64,000 nt of DNA from Elusimicrobiota bacterium (GCA_016715645.1 JADJZR010000004.1:101269-165268); one strand, 5' to 3'. Positions 29,811 to 39,471 are shown, counted from the first letter of the stretch. The notes: generated by a model not told the origin, from the sequence alone. A program made the numbers and translations.

Positions 29811-30748
29811 GCATGGAGACCCTGAAAAAAGTCTGGCGCGGCCTCTCCCGCACATTCAAAATCCTGGGCGACCCGTCGCTTCGGGGAGAGTCGAGGGAGC
29901 TCTTCGAGCGGATGATAAAAGACGGCGTGGGTCCCGCCGACGCCCGCCAGGTATGTGGCCGGACATCATCGTGGGGGGCGCCATCGCCGTTATGATCCTG
30001 GGGTCCTCCATCGGCATCTTGAGGGAGGTCCGCCGCGAGCTGAAAGACAAGGAGGCGTCATGACTAACTTTGTCGTCAAGTTCGCCGCCACGCGCTTGCC
30101 GATGAGGGAGTCGTGCTGGACGTTCTGGAACGACGACGAATCATTCGGCCGGGGAAACATTTGTTGGCCGCGACGGTGATTCCGGCGAACATGGAATACC
30201 GACGGACGCGAAGCTGTTGAACCGCGCGCGGGAGTAAGCGGTGAAGGTGATCCGGGTGATTCGGCGACGGTGCGATGTCAAAAGCAAGGTGCGAACGTAT
30301 TGCCGGAAGTTGCGGGCGGCGTATCTTAAGTTTTCAAAGAAGCGGAAGAAGACGAAGGCGATGGTGCGGTTGGTGCGGGAAAAGCTGTTGCGGGAGAAAC
30401 AGAAGGTTCCTCGGCTTCTCGTGCGTTACGATTACATCTCTTGGTTTCCCCAACGGCAAGAATGTCCCCGCTGGGATCAAATAGACAATAATCGGTAACC
30501 CCATTCCATGGCTCGGCGTCATACCCGTCAACGGGGACATCAAATTTAACCAATGATCGGTCTTGGAGAGGACATTCCTCCCGTTCAAGTTGGGGATCAA
30601 TAAGGAGAATGCTCGTTTTGGATTCATTGATGTCCATAGAATTGTGGATATTCTACCAGGTGCAGGATAAGGCGAAAGATCAAAGCGATGGATGATCCGG
30701 GGCCAACCTCTTGACGAAATGTAATGCAGAATGTCACACTACACCCAG

Positions 30749-30903
30749 ATGGTCAGGAGAGGGGTTCCCCCGCGGGCAAAGGCGGTGCAAATCCGCATGA
30801 CCGAAGAAGAGGTCAAGACCCTACGGGTTCTCGCCAAGAAAGAACAGCGCAGCATTTCGAATTATGTTCGCTGGCTGGTCGAAAAAGAGGCGAAGAAATC
30901 GTA
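30749..30903 (+). CDS. ribbon-helix-helix (CopG/ParD-like) DNA-binding protein, 51 aa
   Basis: MVRRGVPPRAKAVQIRMTEEEVKTLRVLAKKEQRSISNYVRWLVEKEAKKS. RHH beta-strand plus two helices pattern. Confidence 0.55.
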
Positions 30904-30959
30904 GGCACTTTTTTTTAGAAACATTTATAGTGCATTATGCAATACATTAAGGAGGAGCT

Positions 30960-31145
30960 ATGAGACTTACAGATGAACAAAAAATGGTCGGACGGGAAGG
31001 TCTTATCTTCTGGGGAAATGGGCTTGAAGTGTCGGTGATAATTCGAGATGTGAGAACAAAACCAGAAACGGTGGATTATTTGATAGAGCCGACAGCAGGA
31101 AAAGGAAAAGCGTGGATCGAGGGAAAACAAGTTTCAATCCTTTGA
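30960..31145 (+). CDS. hypothetical small protein (61 aa) with strong SD (aaggagg), in an AT-rich segment
   Basis: RBS aaggaggagctATG. Lies 57 nt downstream of the RHH gene. Confidence 0.4.
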   Translation: MRLTDEQKMVGREGLIFWGNGLEVSVIIRDVRTKPETVDYLIEPTAGKGKAWIEGKQVSIL

Positions 31146-31329
31146 GAGGTAACAAATGACTTGGAAAATTTTGATACTCAAGAATCAAAAAACGGTGATC
31201 ATTACCTCATTGGCAGACCAAAATCAGCCTAAATGTGAGTCCCAGAAGCGGGGGCCTGGTGCCCGCGTTCCACGCGTGCACCCAAGCCCCCAACGACGGG
31301 ACGCTGTTGAAGGGCAAGGAAGAGGAATA

Positions 31330-33790
31330 CTTAATTTGCGCGCGCGAAGAAAGGGCGAAGCCCATAGGTGACCGGCGGGGCGGGAGGTGGAGCCCCGCAG
31401 AGCGGGGCCGGGGCGGAAGCGGGGCGCGGCCTCAGGCCGCGCGGCTTTTCCGTTGGACCGGAGCGGAAAGCGTCGGAATCGGAGGCAGGAGTTGCGGCGC
31501 GTTTAATGACCGAGCCGTGGGAGGCGAGGGCGCCGTGTGCCAGTGGCACACGGTTGGCGCGGGCCGAACAGGCCCCGGGTCCGAAGGGCTGGTTGGAGGA
31601 CGCTCGTCCGGAAACCATGCGCCGCGACGGGCGTTCGTCCGGAGCAATGATTTCCCACAAACCGGAGCTGTGAACATATCTCTTGCGACCGACGAAATAA
31701 CCGTCAGTGGGTTTCCGTTCCCCGACCGAGCGATGAACGGAAGTGGTCCGGCGGGAAAGATTCCACCGGAGCCCAGCGGGGCGCGGCCAAAAAGGCCGCG
31801 CGGCTTTTCCCGTAGACCGGAGCGGGAAACGTCGGAATCGGAGGCAGGAGTTGCGGCGCGTTTAATGCGCCGCGACGGGCGTATGTCCGGAGCGATGATT
31901 TCCCGCAAACCGGAGCCGGGAACATATCTCCCGCGACCGACGAAATAACCGTCAGCGGGTTTCCGTTCCCCGACCGGAGCAATGGGCGGAAGTGGTCCGG
32001 CGGGAACGAATCCACCGGAGCCCAGCGGGGCGCGGCCAAAAAGGCCGCGCGGCTTTTCCCGTGGACCGGAGCGGGAAACGTCGGAATCGGAGGCAGGAGT
32101 TGCGGCGCGTTTAATGCGCCGCGACGGGCGTTCGTCCGGGGCGGGGTTTCCCGCAAACCGGAGCGGGAAACATATCTCCCACGACCGACGGAATAACCGT
32201 CAGCGGGTTTCCGTTTCCCGACCGAAGCGATGGGCGGAATCGCTCCGGCGGGAACGATTCCACCGGAGCTCAGCGGGGCGCGGCCAAAAAGGCCGCGCGG
32301 CTTCTCCGTTGGACCGGAGCGGGAAACGTCGGAATCGGAGGCAGGAGTTGCGGCGCGTTTAATGCGCCGCGACGGGCGTTCGTCCGGCGCGGGGTTTCCC
32401 GCAAACCGGAGCGGGAAACATATCTCCCACGACCGACGAAATAACCGTCAGCGGGTTTCCGTTCCCCGACCGAAGCGATGGGCGGAATCGCTCCGGCGGG
32501 AACGATTCCACCGGAGCTCAGCGGGGCGCGGCCAAAAAGGCCGCGAGGCTTCTCCGTTGGACCGGAGCTGGAAACGTTGGAATCGGAGGCAGGAGTTGCG
32601 GCGCGTTTGGTGCGCCGCGACGGGCGTTCGTCCGGCGCGGGGTTTCCCGCAAACCGGAGCGGGAAACACATCTCTCGCGACTGACAGAATAACCGTCAGC
32701 GGGTTTCCGTTTCCCGACCGAAGCAATGGGCGGAACCGGTCCGGCGGGAACGAATCCGCCGGAGCCCAGCGGGGCGCGGCAAAAGGCCGCGCGGCTTTTC
32801 CCGTGGATCGGAGCTGGAAACGTCGAAATTGGAGGCAGGAGTTGGGCGCGTTTGATGCGCCGCGACGGGCGTTCGTCCAGCGTGGGGTTTCTCCGCTTGT
32901 TGGGTCGTCCGCTTGTTCCCTCAACAGCAGACGAATCAACCGTTAGCGTTTAACAGGCGCACAGTCCGCCGCCGTGGGTGGCCTGGCGAACAGTCGTTTT
33001 TATCCACCGAAAGAGGAGCGGTCCCCATTCTTCCCCGTCCAGCGATCGAACCAAGGTCCCGAATTTCTCCTCCGGCCCGAAATGGCTGGGTCTCTTCTTC
33101 CTGTGTCGGGGGCTGTTTTCGATGAGCGAAGAAAGGCGCTGGGTTTCTCGGTGGCCGGGGGGTCGAGCACGGTCACCGTGACGTTCGCCAGGTCCGAAGA
33201 TCCAGGTCTTGTCCTGCTTACTGTCCCATTCATTGGACGAGAACGTGGAGAGAACAGCGGCGCGCTGTGGCGCCCGCATAGCGGGCACAAATTGAAGCTA
33301 AAAAAAGCCCCCCGCTCCCGGCCTCGCATCAGCGGCTCTGCCGCCCCAGGTGCCGGGAGCTCTGCGACCGGCCTCCCCCAGTGGGGGTGAGGTGAAATAC
33401 GCCCACCCTCTCCCTGGCCCTCTCCCGGCCGTTCCCACACGGCATTTCTTGCTAGCGCAGTCACCAGCGGGCGAGGGAATTACAAGGGCTTCGTTCAACG
33501 GAAAACCGCCCCTCATCCGTCCCTTCGGGACACCTTCTCCCACGGACGGGAGAAGGAAGATTCACAGCCACCCCCTCCCAACCATCCCCCTTAAATTCCA
33601 AAGGCCCATGCAAAACCACATGGGCTGGAAGCCCATGCTACAGGGTCAATCGTGTCGGCCGGATGTAATAGTCACCTGTCAAATGATAATGTCTCCAGTA
33701 GGAGTGGGAGAGATTCGGAAAGGAAATGGGAATACGGAGTTTTTCAAAATTTAAAAACCCCGCCATTTTAGAAACACCCCCCGGTTGGAA
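31330..33790. repeat. right arm of the ~2.47-kb inverted repeat (tandem ~247-bp array 31380-32870 + unique ~0.9 kb)
   Basis: Reverse complement of 13060-15530. The six unit copies are mirrored (ggcgcgttt at 31495, 31855, 32100, 32345, 32590, 32835). Confidence 0.9.
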
Positions 33791-34140
33791 AGAATCCGAT
33801 GTATCCAATCGGGGGGAATCTTTCTGTATCCTGGCGACGGAATTTCCCTCATTCCGAATCGTTCCCCCGGCCCGACATCGAACATCCGAAGGAGTCAAAA
33901 TTTCTCCATTTTCCGCGCTCAGCGCGGAGGGGTGGAATCGCATTCCATCGGGTCTTTTCCGTCGATCGAACGGCGGGGGACGTCTCCCCGCTCGGTCGTT
34001 GTCGCCTCTTGTTTCTCCGTTTCTGATCCGACCAAAACGAAGTCCACGCCGATCGTCTTTTTCGTATACCGGACGCTTTCGATCCACTTCCGAACCGACA
34101 GGGCTTTTTCGATTCCAACCCCGCGCGCACACCCACCCCA
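33759..34140. repeat. inverted copy (S1) of the tRNA-Ser 3'-flank (~380 bp); partner S2 at 35925-36287
   Basis: 33759-33787 is the exact reverse complement of 36259-36287 (ccaaccggggggtgtttctaaaatggcgg). Identity continues ~360 bp. It includes the last 6 nt of the tRNA (ccgcca). Confidence 0.85.
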
Positions 34141-34401
34141 AAAGGAGCCCTCTCCCTGTCCTCCCTCTCCCCTCTGGGGAAAGGGACAACCCACCGGTGG
34201 AACCCTCTCCCGGCCTCTCCCCATCCGGGGCGAGGGGAAAATCAATCAGATTAAGTCAAATGCCGAAAGGATTTTCGCGCCCGAAATCCAAAGGCCGCTA
34301 ACCTCTTTCATCGGCCCGCCCTCCGGCCCGGCGGAATGAAACCCAATAGAGCGGCCGCGCCAATGGGCCACGTTGCGGCCCATAGACGCGGCCTTTTTGG
34401 T

Positions 34402-34629
34402 TCAAATTTTGGAATGGCTCGGAATGGCCCGCCCAATTAGATCGTCGATCGAAAGACCCATGGCGTCGGCCATCTTGACGAGGGAAGACATGGCCGGGTC
34501 TTTGGTGACCCCCTGTTCAATCTTTGTTATCACCACCAAGGACAACCCCGCCTCTTGGGCTAGTTTTTGTTGTGTCCACCCGGCGGTTTTTCGAGCCCGT
34601 CTTAGACTATCAGGAAGGGAAGGTTTCAT
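34402..34629 (-). CDS. XRE-family helix-turn-helix transcriptional regulator (75 aa)
   Basis: HTH TQQKLAQEAGLSLVVITKIEQG. Divergent from the recombinase. Palindrome ttgtcatagacaa (34679-34691) in the shared intergenic region. Confidence 0.75.
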   Translation of the reverse strand: MKPSLPDSLRRARKTAGWTQQKLAQEAGLSLVVITKIEQGVTKDPAMSSLVKMADAMGLSIDDLIGRAIPSHSKI

Positions 34630-34713
34630 CTTGACTCCTGTATTGCTATTGAAGTATCATCACGTGAGTATTTAGAATTTGTCATAGACAATAATAACCA
34701 TTGGAGGCACCCC

Positions 34714-36153
34714 ATGCAAGTATTGGCCAAGCCAGCGGAAGCCAAAAAGAAAATCACCCGTTGTGCCATCTATACTCGTGTTTCCACTGATCGACAGGCC
34801 GAAGTGGAGTTTAATTCTTGCGAGGCCCAGGAGGATCGGATTCGTTCCTTCATCGCCAGCCAGGAAGGTTTCGAGGTTGCCCAGGTTTACTCAGATCCCG
34901 GTTTCACCGGGGCCAACATGAACCGCCCGGCCCTTCGTCAGATGGTCAACGATATTCGGGCTGGACAAATTGACCTGGTGTTCACTTACAAGATTGACCG
35001 CCTCACCCGCGCTCCTCGTGATTTTTATCAACTGATCGAATTTTTCGAGACGCATCAGGTTTCATTTATCTCCGTTACGGAACGCTTTGACACGTCCACT
35101 CCCGCTGGGCGTCTGCTCCGAAATATCATGCTGACTTTTGCCCAATTCGAAAGAGAGCTTGCCTCGGAGCGAGTCAAAGACAAAGTGATCCAGCGCGTCA
35201 ATCGCGGGCTATATCATGGAGGCCACCCGCCTTTTGGATACAAGGCGGAAAATGGCGGCCTGGTCTTGGACCCGCCGCGCGACGGAATCGTAAAGATGAT
35301 TTTTGAAACCTACATCAAAACGCGATCTTTCCGCGCCATCATGCGGGTTCTGAAAGAAAAAAATGTCGTGTCCCGCCGTGGCAAGCCTTTTGTCGATTCG
35401 GCCATTTGGAACATGGTAAAGAATCCAGTATATACGGGCAAGATTTCCCACAAGGGCATACTGCACCCGGGCAAACACCCACCCATCATTTCGGAGGAAC
35501 TTTTTAACCATGTTCAAAAACTGATGACCGAGTCACCCCGACTCCAAATGGAAAACCATTCCCATCTGCCCTTTGCCGGGATCATCAAATGTGGGGAATG
35601 TGGATCGACCATGTGCGTGGCCTATTCAAGCAAGCTCAACAAAAACGGACACAAGTACTATTATCGATGTTCCAAGGTGGGGCATGAAGGAAAGGACGCC
35701 TGCGGCACCCGCCAGATCGGGGCGGAGCGGCTCCACAACACCGTTTATGGGAACCTCCTCAGGCTTTCCTTCGACCCTGAATACCTGCGGAATCTAGTTT
35801 TTTCCCTAAAAAATCAAACCTCCCACCCCAGGGCAACTTGTGTTGAACCGCTCCACCCTTTTGCCGAATTAACACCCGAAAAGCTCCAAAAAGAGCTTAA
35901 GGCATTTGTAAAGGCATGTGCGCGCAAACCCGGAATCGAAAAGCCCTGTCGGTTCGGAAGTGGATCGAAAGCGTCCGGTATACGAAAAAGACGATCGGCG
36001 TGGACTTCGTTTTGGTCGGATCAGAAACGGAGAAACAAGAGGCGACAACGACCGAGCGGGGAGACGTCCCCCGCCGTTCGATCGACGGAAAAGACCCGAT
36101 GGAAGGCGATTCCACCCCCTCCGCGCGGAGCGCGGAAAATGGAGAAATTTTGA
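34714..36153 (+). CDS. large serine recombinase (resolvase catalytic domain + recombinase domain + zinc ribbon); 3' ~230 nt run into inverted repeat S2
   Basis: AIYTRVSTDRQ catalytic Ser motif. Recombinase domain. CGECGS...YYRCSKVGHEGKDAC zinc ribbon. Basic low-complexity tail from ~35925 is encoded by the repeat. Confidence 0.8.
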   Translation: MQVLAKPAEAKKKITRCAIYTRVSTDRQAEVEFNSCEAQEDRIRSFIASQEGFEVAQVYSDPGFTGANMNRPALRQMVNDIRAGQIDLVFTYKIDRLTRAPRDFYQLIEFFETHQVSFISVTERFDTSTPAGRLLRNIMLTFAQFERELASERVKDKVIQRVNRGLYHGGHPPFGYKAENGGLVLDPPRDGIVKMIFETYIKTRSFRAIMRVLKEKNVVSRRGKPFVDSAIWNMVKNPVYTGKISHKGILHPGKHPPIISEELFNHVQKLMTESPRLQMENHSHLPFAGIIKCGECGSTMCVAYSSKLNKNGHKYYYRCSKVGHEGKDACGTRQIGAERLHNTVYGNLLRLSFDPEYLRNLVFSLKNQTSHPRATCVEPLHPFAELTPEKLQKELKAFVKACARKPGIEKPCRFGSGSKASGIRKRRSAWTSFWSDQKRRNKRRQRPSGETSPAVRSTEKTRWKAIPPPPRGARKMEKF

Positions 36154-36287
36154 CTCCTTCGGATGTTCGATGTCGGGCCGGGGGAACGATTCGGAATGAG
36201 GGAAATTCCGTCGCCAGGATACAGAAAGATTCCCCCCGATTGGATACATCGGATTCTTTCCAACCGGGGGGTGTTTCTAAAATGGCG
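35925..36287. repeat. S2: tRNA-Ser 3'-flank copy (inverted relative to S1), contiguous with the tRNA 3' end
   Basis: See S1. Confidence 0.85.
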
Positions 36288-36371
36288 GAAGGGGAGGGAT
36301 TTGAACCCTCGAGGATCTTGCGACCCTACACGATTTCCAGTCGTGCCGATTCAGCCGCTCTCGCACCCTTC
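36282..36371 (-). tRNA. tRNA-Ser (anticodon GGA), type II with long variable arm, CCA encoded
   Basis: Minus strand reads GGAAGGG... (acceptor), then anticodon stem CACGA/TCGTG with loop CUGGAAA, a 19-nt variable arm, T-arm GGGTTCAAATCCC, then CCCTTCC-GCCA. Confidence 0.85.
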
Positions 36372-36435
36372 CAAATAGAACAAAAATTAAGGTTGTGCGA
36401 AGGAGTCGGCTACCTGGGTCTGTCGACGTCCTGAC

Positions 36436-36700
36436 CGACTTTTGTCCGACCAGCTGAGTCGGACAAAAGCCTGTGCGGCATAGCCGCCCGTGGAATGTGC
36501 CATTCAAGGCACACCACCCACGGCGGGCCGCCCTAGTCGTCGCCTCGCCGTAGGCACCCGAAGCTCTGCAAGGGTGCCAAATAATTCCATCCGGAGTCGT
36601 CGGCACTCTGGGCCGCCGTAGGCACCCGAAGCTCTGCAAGGGTGCCAAGCTCTGCAAGGGTGCCAAATAATTCCATCCGGAGTCGTCAGCCATTTTAACT
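36436..36700. repeat. cluster of GC-rich palindromic (REP-like) hairpins and a ~55-bp direct repeat x2 between yraN and tRNA-Ser
   Basis: 12-bp stem cttttgtccgac/gtcggacaaaag (36439-36469). gccgcccgtgg...ccacggcgggc. ggcaccc-N12-gggtgcc present twice. Confidence 0.7.
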
Positions 36701-36735
36701 TATTCCGAAAAATGACGGAAAAAAAATTGACAAAT

Positions 36736-37101
36736 TTAGATCGTGTAACGTGTCGGCACAAAGGCGTTTTCAATGTGGGCCAACTCGGTCCCCTGAATAG
36801 TCACCACATCGAACCGCAAATTTCGGCCGACCAAAAATTTTGATTTCACATACATCATCGCCGCCCGGCCCACACGGTCCTGTTTTTTCTTGGTCACGCT
36901 GTCGGCTGCCGTTCCGTATCCGCTGGATCGGCGTTTGCGCACTTCCACGAACACCACCGTGGTCCCCTTTTCCATCACCAAATCCACTTCGCCTAACGGC
37001 GTTCGATAGTTTGAATCCAAAAGGCGATAGCCCTTCTTTTCAAGGTAGCGTTGGGCTTCAATCTCAGCTTCCCGGCCTTCCGCCTGTTTAAGCGTGATCA
37101 T
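36736..37101 (-). CDS. yraN: YraN-family (UPF0102) endonuclease
   Basis: 121 aa. Conserved GEVDLV...VFVEVRKRRS core. Confidence 0.8.
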   Translation of the reverse strand: MITLKQAEGREAEIEAQRYLEKKGYRLLDSNYRTPLGEVDLVMEKGTTVVFVEVRKRRSSGYGTAADSVTKKKQDRVGRAAMMYVKSKFLVGRNLRFDVVTIQGTELAHIENAFVPTRYTI

Positions 37102-37748
37102 GGAGAAACAACGGACTCAAAAGGAAGTTCCGGTGCCAAAGCCGCTCGGACCGGCGCATAACTTCGACGGTGAATCGGTGAAGGACCGAATTTCTTCAGC
37201 GCCTCGGCGTGTTCCGCCGTCCCGTATCCCTTGTTCGAAGCGAAATGATACTGGGGGAACTTTTTATCCACCTCTGTCATGTAACGGTCTCGGGTGACCT
37301 TGGCCAAAACGCTGGCCGCGGCAATGCTGGCGCTTTTGGCGTCGCCCCCCACCACCGGTTCTTGCAACCGCGCCGGCAAGCGGGGAATTCGCTGGTTTCC
37401 GTCGATCAAAATGAGTCCCGGTTCCACATCCAACGAACGAATTGCTTCCGTCATGGCTTGGAACGTGGCTTTTAAAATATTGATCTTATCAATGACGTCC
37501 GGTGAAACCATTCGCACTGAATGATAGAGCGATTCGGCGACAATTTTTCCGTAAAGAGTTTCTCGAACGTCGGGGGTGAGTTTCTTGCTGTCGTTCAGTT
37601 CCGGCCAAGAGGTGTCGGGTTTCAATACAACCGCCGCCGCCGCCACTGGGCCCGCCCACGGGCCTCGGCCCGCTTCGTCCACGCCCGCTAAAAGAAAAAA
37701 GCCCTTCTCGCGCCACGCTTTATCGAAGGCGAAAAGGGCTTCCGGCAT
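37098..37748 (-). CDS. rnhB: ribonuclease HII
   Basis: GVDEAGRGPWAGPV and DDSK(KL) motifs. 216 aa. 4-nt overlap with yraN. Confidence 0.9.
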   Translation of the reverse strand: MPEALFAFDKAWREKGFFLLAGVDEAGRGPWAGPVAAAAVVLKPDTSWPELNDSKKLTPDVRETLYGKIVAESLYHSVRMVSPDVIDKINILKATFQAMTEAIRSLDVEPGLILIDGNQRIPRLPARLQEPVVGGDAKSASIAAASVLAKVTRDRYMTEVDKKFPQYHFASNKGYGTAEHAEALKKFGPSPIHRRSYAPVRAALAPELPFESVVSP

Positions 37749-37788
37749 AACCGGATAATAACAATCTTAGACGCGATGAATCAAGGTG

Positions 37789-38178
37789 TTACTTCGAAGC
37801 AACCGCTTCGGCTTCTAGCGTCTTGGTAGCCACGACCGCGACTTCTTCAATCCGAGCCGCTTTACCCGACAAATCCCGCAAGTAATAAAGTTTTGCCCGG
37901 CGGACTTTTCCGGACCGCAACACCTTAATGCCTTGAATGCGGGGACTGTGAAGAGGGAACGTTCGTTCCACGCCCACACCGAAAGAAATTTTGCGAACCG
38001 TAAACGTCGTGGCGATACCATGACCCCGACGGCGAATCACAACACCTTCAAAGGCCTGCACCCGGCGGGACTCACCTTCCAGAATCTCCACGTCCACCCG
38101 CACCACGTCGCCCGCTCGGAACTGACCCGGATTTTTTTTCAGAAAGCCGCTTTCAATTTTGTCGATAATGGCATTCAT
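37789..38178 (-). CDS. rplS: 50S ribosomal protein L19
   Basis: 129 aa. FRAGDVVRV...RRRG signature. Confidence 0.9.
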   Translation of the reverse strand: MNAIIDKIESGFLKKNPGQFRAGDVVRVDVEILEGESRRVQAFEGVVIRRRGHGIATTFTVRKISFGVGVERTFPLHSPRIQGIKVLRSGKVRRAKLYYLRDLSGKAARIEEVAVVATKTLEAEAVASK

Positions 38179-38226
38179 AACACGCTCACTTTTTAACGTT
38201 CCCCCGCCGGCGGCGGGGATTTAATA

Positions 38227-38937
38227 TCAAATCGGGCCTTTTCTTTTTGTGGCTGACAACGACGCGCCTTCGCGCCACGCTTGAATCTTTCGGTGGTCCC
38301 CTCCCAGCAAAACCGAGGGAACTTCCCTCCCGAACCACTTTGCCGGACGGGTAAAATGGGGACAATCCAGCCGTCCTTCCCATCCCGCCGCATACGAATC
38401 CCATTCCAACGATCCCGCTTCTTTCACCACACCCGGCACTTTCCGGACCACCGCATCCACCACCGCCATGGCGGGTATTTCACCACCGGTTAACACCACA
38501 TCGCCGACCGACACTTCCATATCGATCCAATCAAACAGACGCTCGTCAATCCCTTCGTAATGACCGGCCACCAAAACCAATCGATTCTTTTTGGCCAAGT
38601 CGTCGGCTAACCCTTGGGTTAACGGTCGCCCTTGGGGCGACAGGTATATAACTGTGGGCCGATTTGCTTTCTTGCGCGCCTTCGGCCCGCGCAACGGAAC
38701 CCCCGCTCCCACCGATTTCAACGCTTCCCACAAAGGTTCCGGCTTAAGAACCATCCCCGGCCCGCCGCCAAAGGGACGATCATCCGCTTGGCGATGTTTG
38801 CCCTGGGCAAAGTCGCGGATATCCACCACCCGCAAATCCACCCGGCTTCTTTCCCGGGCCTTTCCCAACAAACTCTCATTGAAAACCCCTTCGAACATCC
38901 GGGGGAACAAAGTCAAAACATCAATTCGAAGCCCCAC
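38227..38937 (-). CDS. trmD: tRNA (guanine37-N1)-methyltransferase
   Basis: 236 aa. IDVLTLFP and YEGIDER motifs. Confidence 0.9.
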   Translation of the reverse strand: MGLRIDVLTLFPRMFEGVFNESLLGKARERSRVDLRVVDIRDFAQGKHRQADDRPFGGGPGMVLKPEPLWEALKSVGAGVPLRGPKARKKANRPTVIYLSPQGRPLTQGLADDLAKKNRLVLVAGHYEGIDERLFDWIDMEVSVGDVVLTGGEIPAMAVVDAVVRKVPGVVKEAGSLEWDSYAAGWEGRLDCPHFTRPAKWFGREVPSVLLGGDHRKIQAWREGASLSATKRKGPI

Positions 38938-39174
38938 TTATTCTTCGCGAAGTTTAACGTCGATCCGTTCGTTGGGACCCGCAAACACCGCGGTGGCCAA
39001 AATCCGCAACGAATCAATGGTTTTTCCGCGACGGCCAATCACTTTCCCTCGGTCGTCGGGGAGCACATTGATTTCAACGGTTTTTTCAGTCTCCAACCAG
39101 CGGGCTTCCACTTTTTCAGGGTGGTCCACCAACCGCTTAACGACCGATTCCACCCATTCCACCGGGGACGCCAC
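38938..39174 (-). CDS. KH-domain RNA-binding protein (YlqC-like)
   Basis: 78 aa. GRRGKTI KH motif. Sits in the usual position between rpsP and trmD. Confidence 0.75.
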   Translation of the reverse strand: MASPVEWVESVVKRLVDHPEKVEARWLETEKTVEINVLPDDRGKVIGRRGKTIDSLRILATAVFAGPNERIDVKLREE

Positions 39175-39185
39175 GGCGTGTTAAA

Positions 39186-39443
39186 TTAATTGGCGGAAGC
39201 GACAACCCACGCGCCGGCGTTTTTCAACGCGGTGCGAAGGGTGTCCGAAGCCTGGGCCCCGTGATCCAACCAATACTTCAGTCGCTCGGCATTCACCGTG
39301 ACCTTGTTGGTTTTCTCTTTCGGGTGGTAATGACCCAACACTTCCAGACTGGCGGCGTCGCGGGCCTTTCGGCTATCGACGGCCACAATTCGAAAATGGG
39401 GCGTTTTCGGGCGTCCCACCCGCTGCATGCGTATGCGAACCAT
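39186..39443 (-). CDS. rpsP: 30S ribosomal protein S16
   Basis: MVRIRMQRVGRPKTPHFRIVAVDSR. Confidence 0.9.
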   Translation of the reverse strand: MVRIRMQRVGRPKTPHFRIVAVDSRKARDAASLEVLGHYHPKEKTNKVTVNAERLKYWLDHGAQASDTLRTALKNAGAWVVASAN

Positions 39444-39471
39444 TGGATTCTCCTCGTAAAATGAGCGGCTC

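Noticed and set aside
29447-30179. 182-aa ORF 29447-29995 and small ORFs 29813-30062
   Set aside because: The long ORF is an alternative frame of the PII-like gene region. A possible ~95-aa small membrane protein (METLKKVWRGL... then WPDIIVGGAIAVMILGSSIGIL...) appears split by a frameshift. Evidence is too weak to call.
30241-30637. 85-aa basic ORF (+) and 103-aa ORF (-) with a possible PD-(D/E)xK-like segment (DYCLFDPSGDILAVGETKR)
   Set aside because: The ORFs are mutually overlapping with no start or RBS support. They are probably gene fragments inside the decayed island. Homology is not confirmable by eye.
13060-33790. Large inverted repeat as an assembly fold-back artifact
   Set aside because: The arms differ at many positions within the arrays (for example ctgggctccgg versus ctgagctccgg) and enclose 15.8 kb of unique sequence. 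Chimeric fold-backs are normally identical and adjacent.
33785-34339. ORFs within the tRNA-flank inverted repeats (e.g. 33785-34339, 35869-36249)
   Set aside because: They are duplicated antisense translations of the repeat and of the recombinase tail, with low complexity.
34373-34675. 100-aa plus-strand ORF overlapping the XRE gene
   Set aside because: The antisense XRE ORF has a clear HTH motif and a promoter/operator arrangement. The plus-strand ORF has no features.
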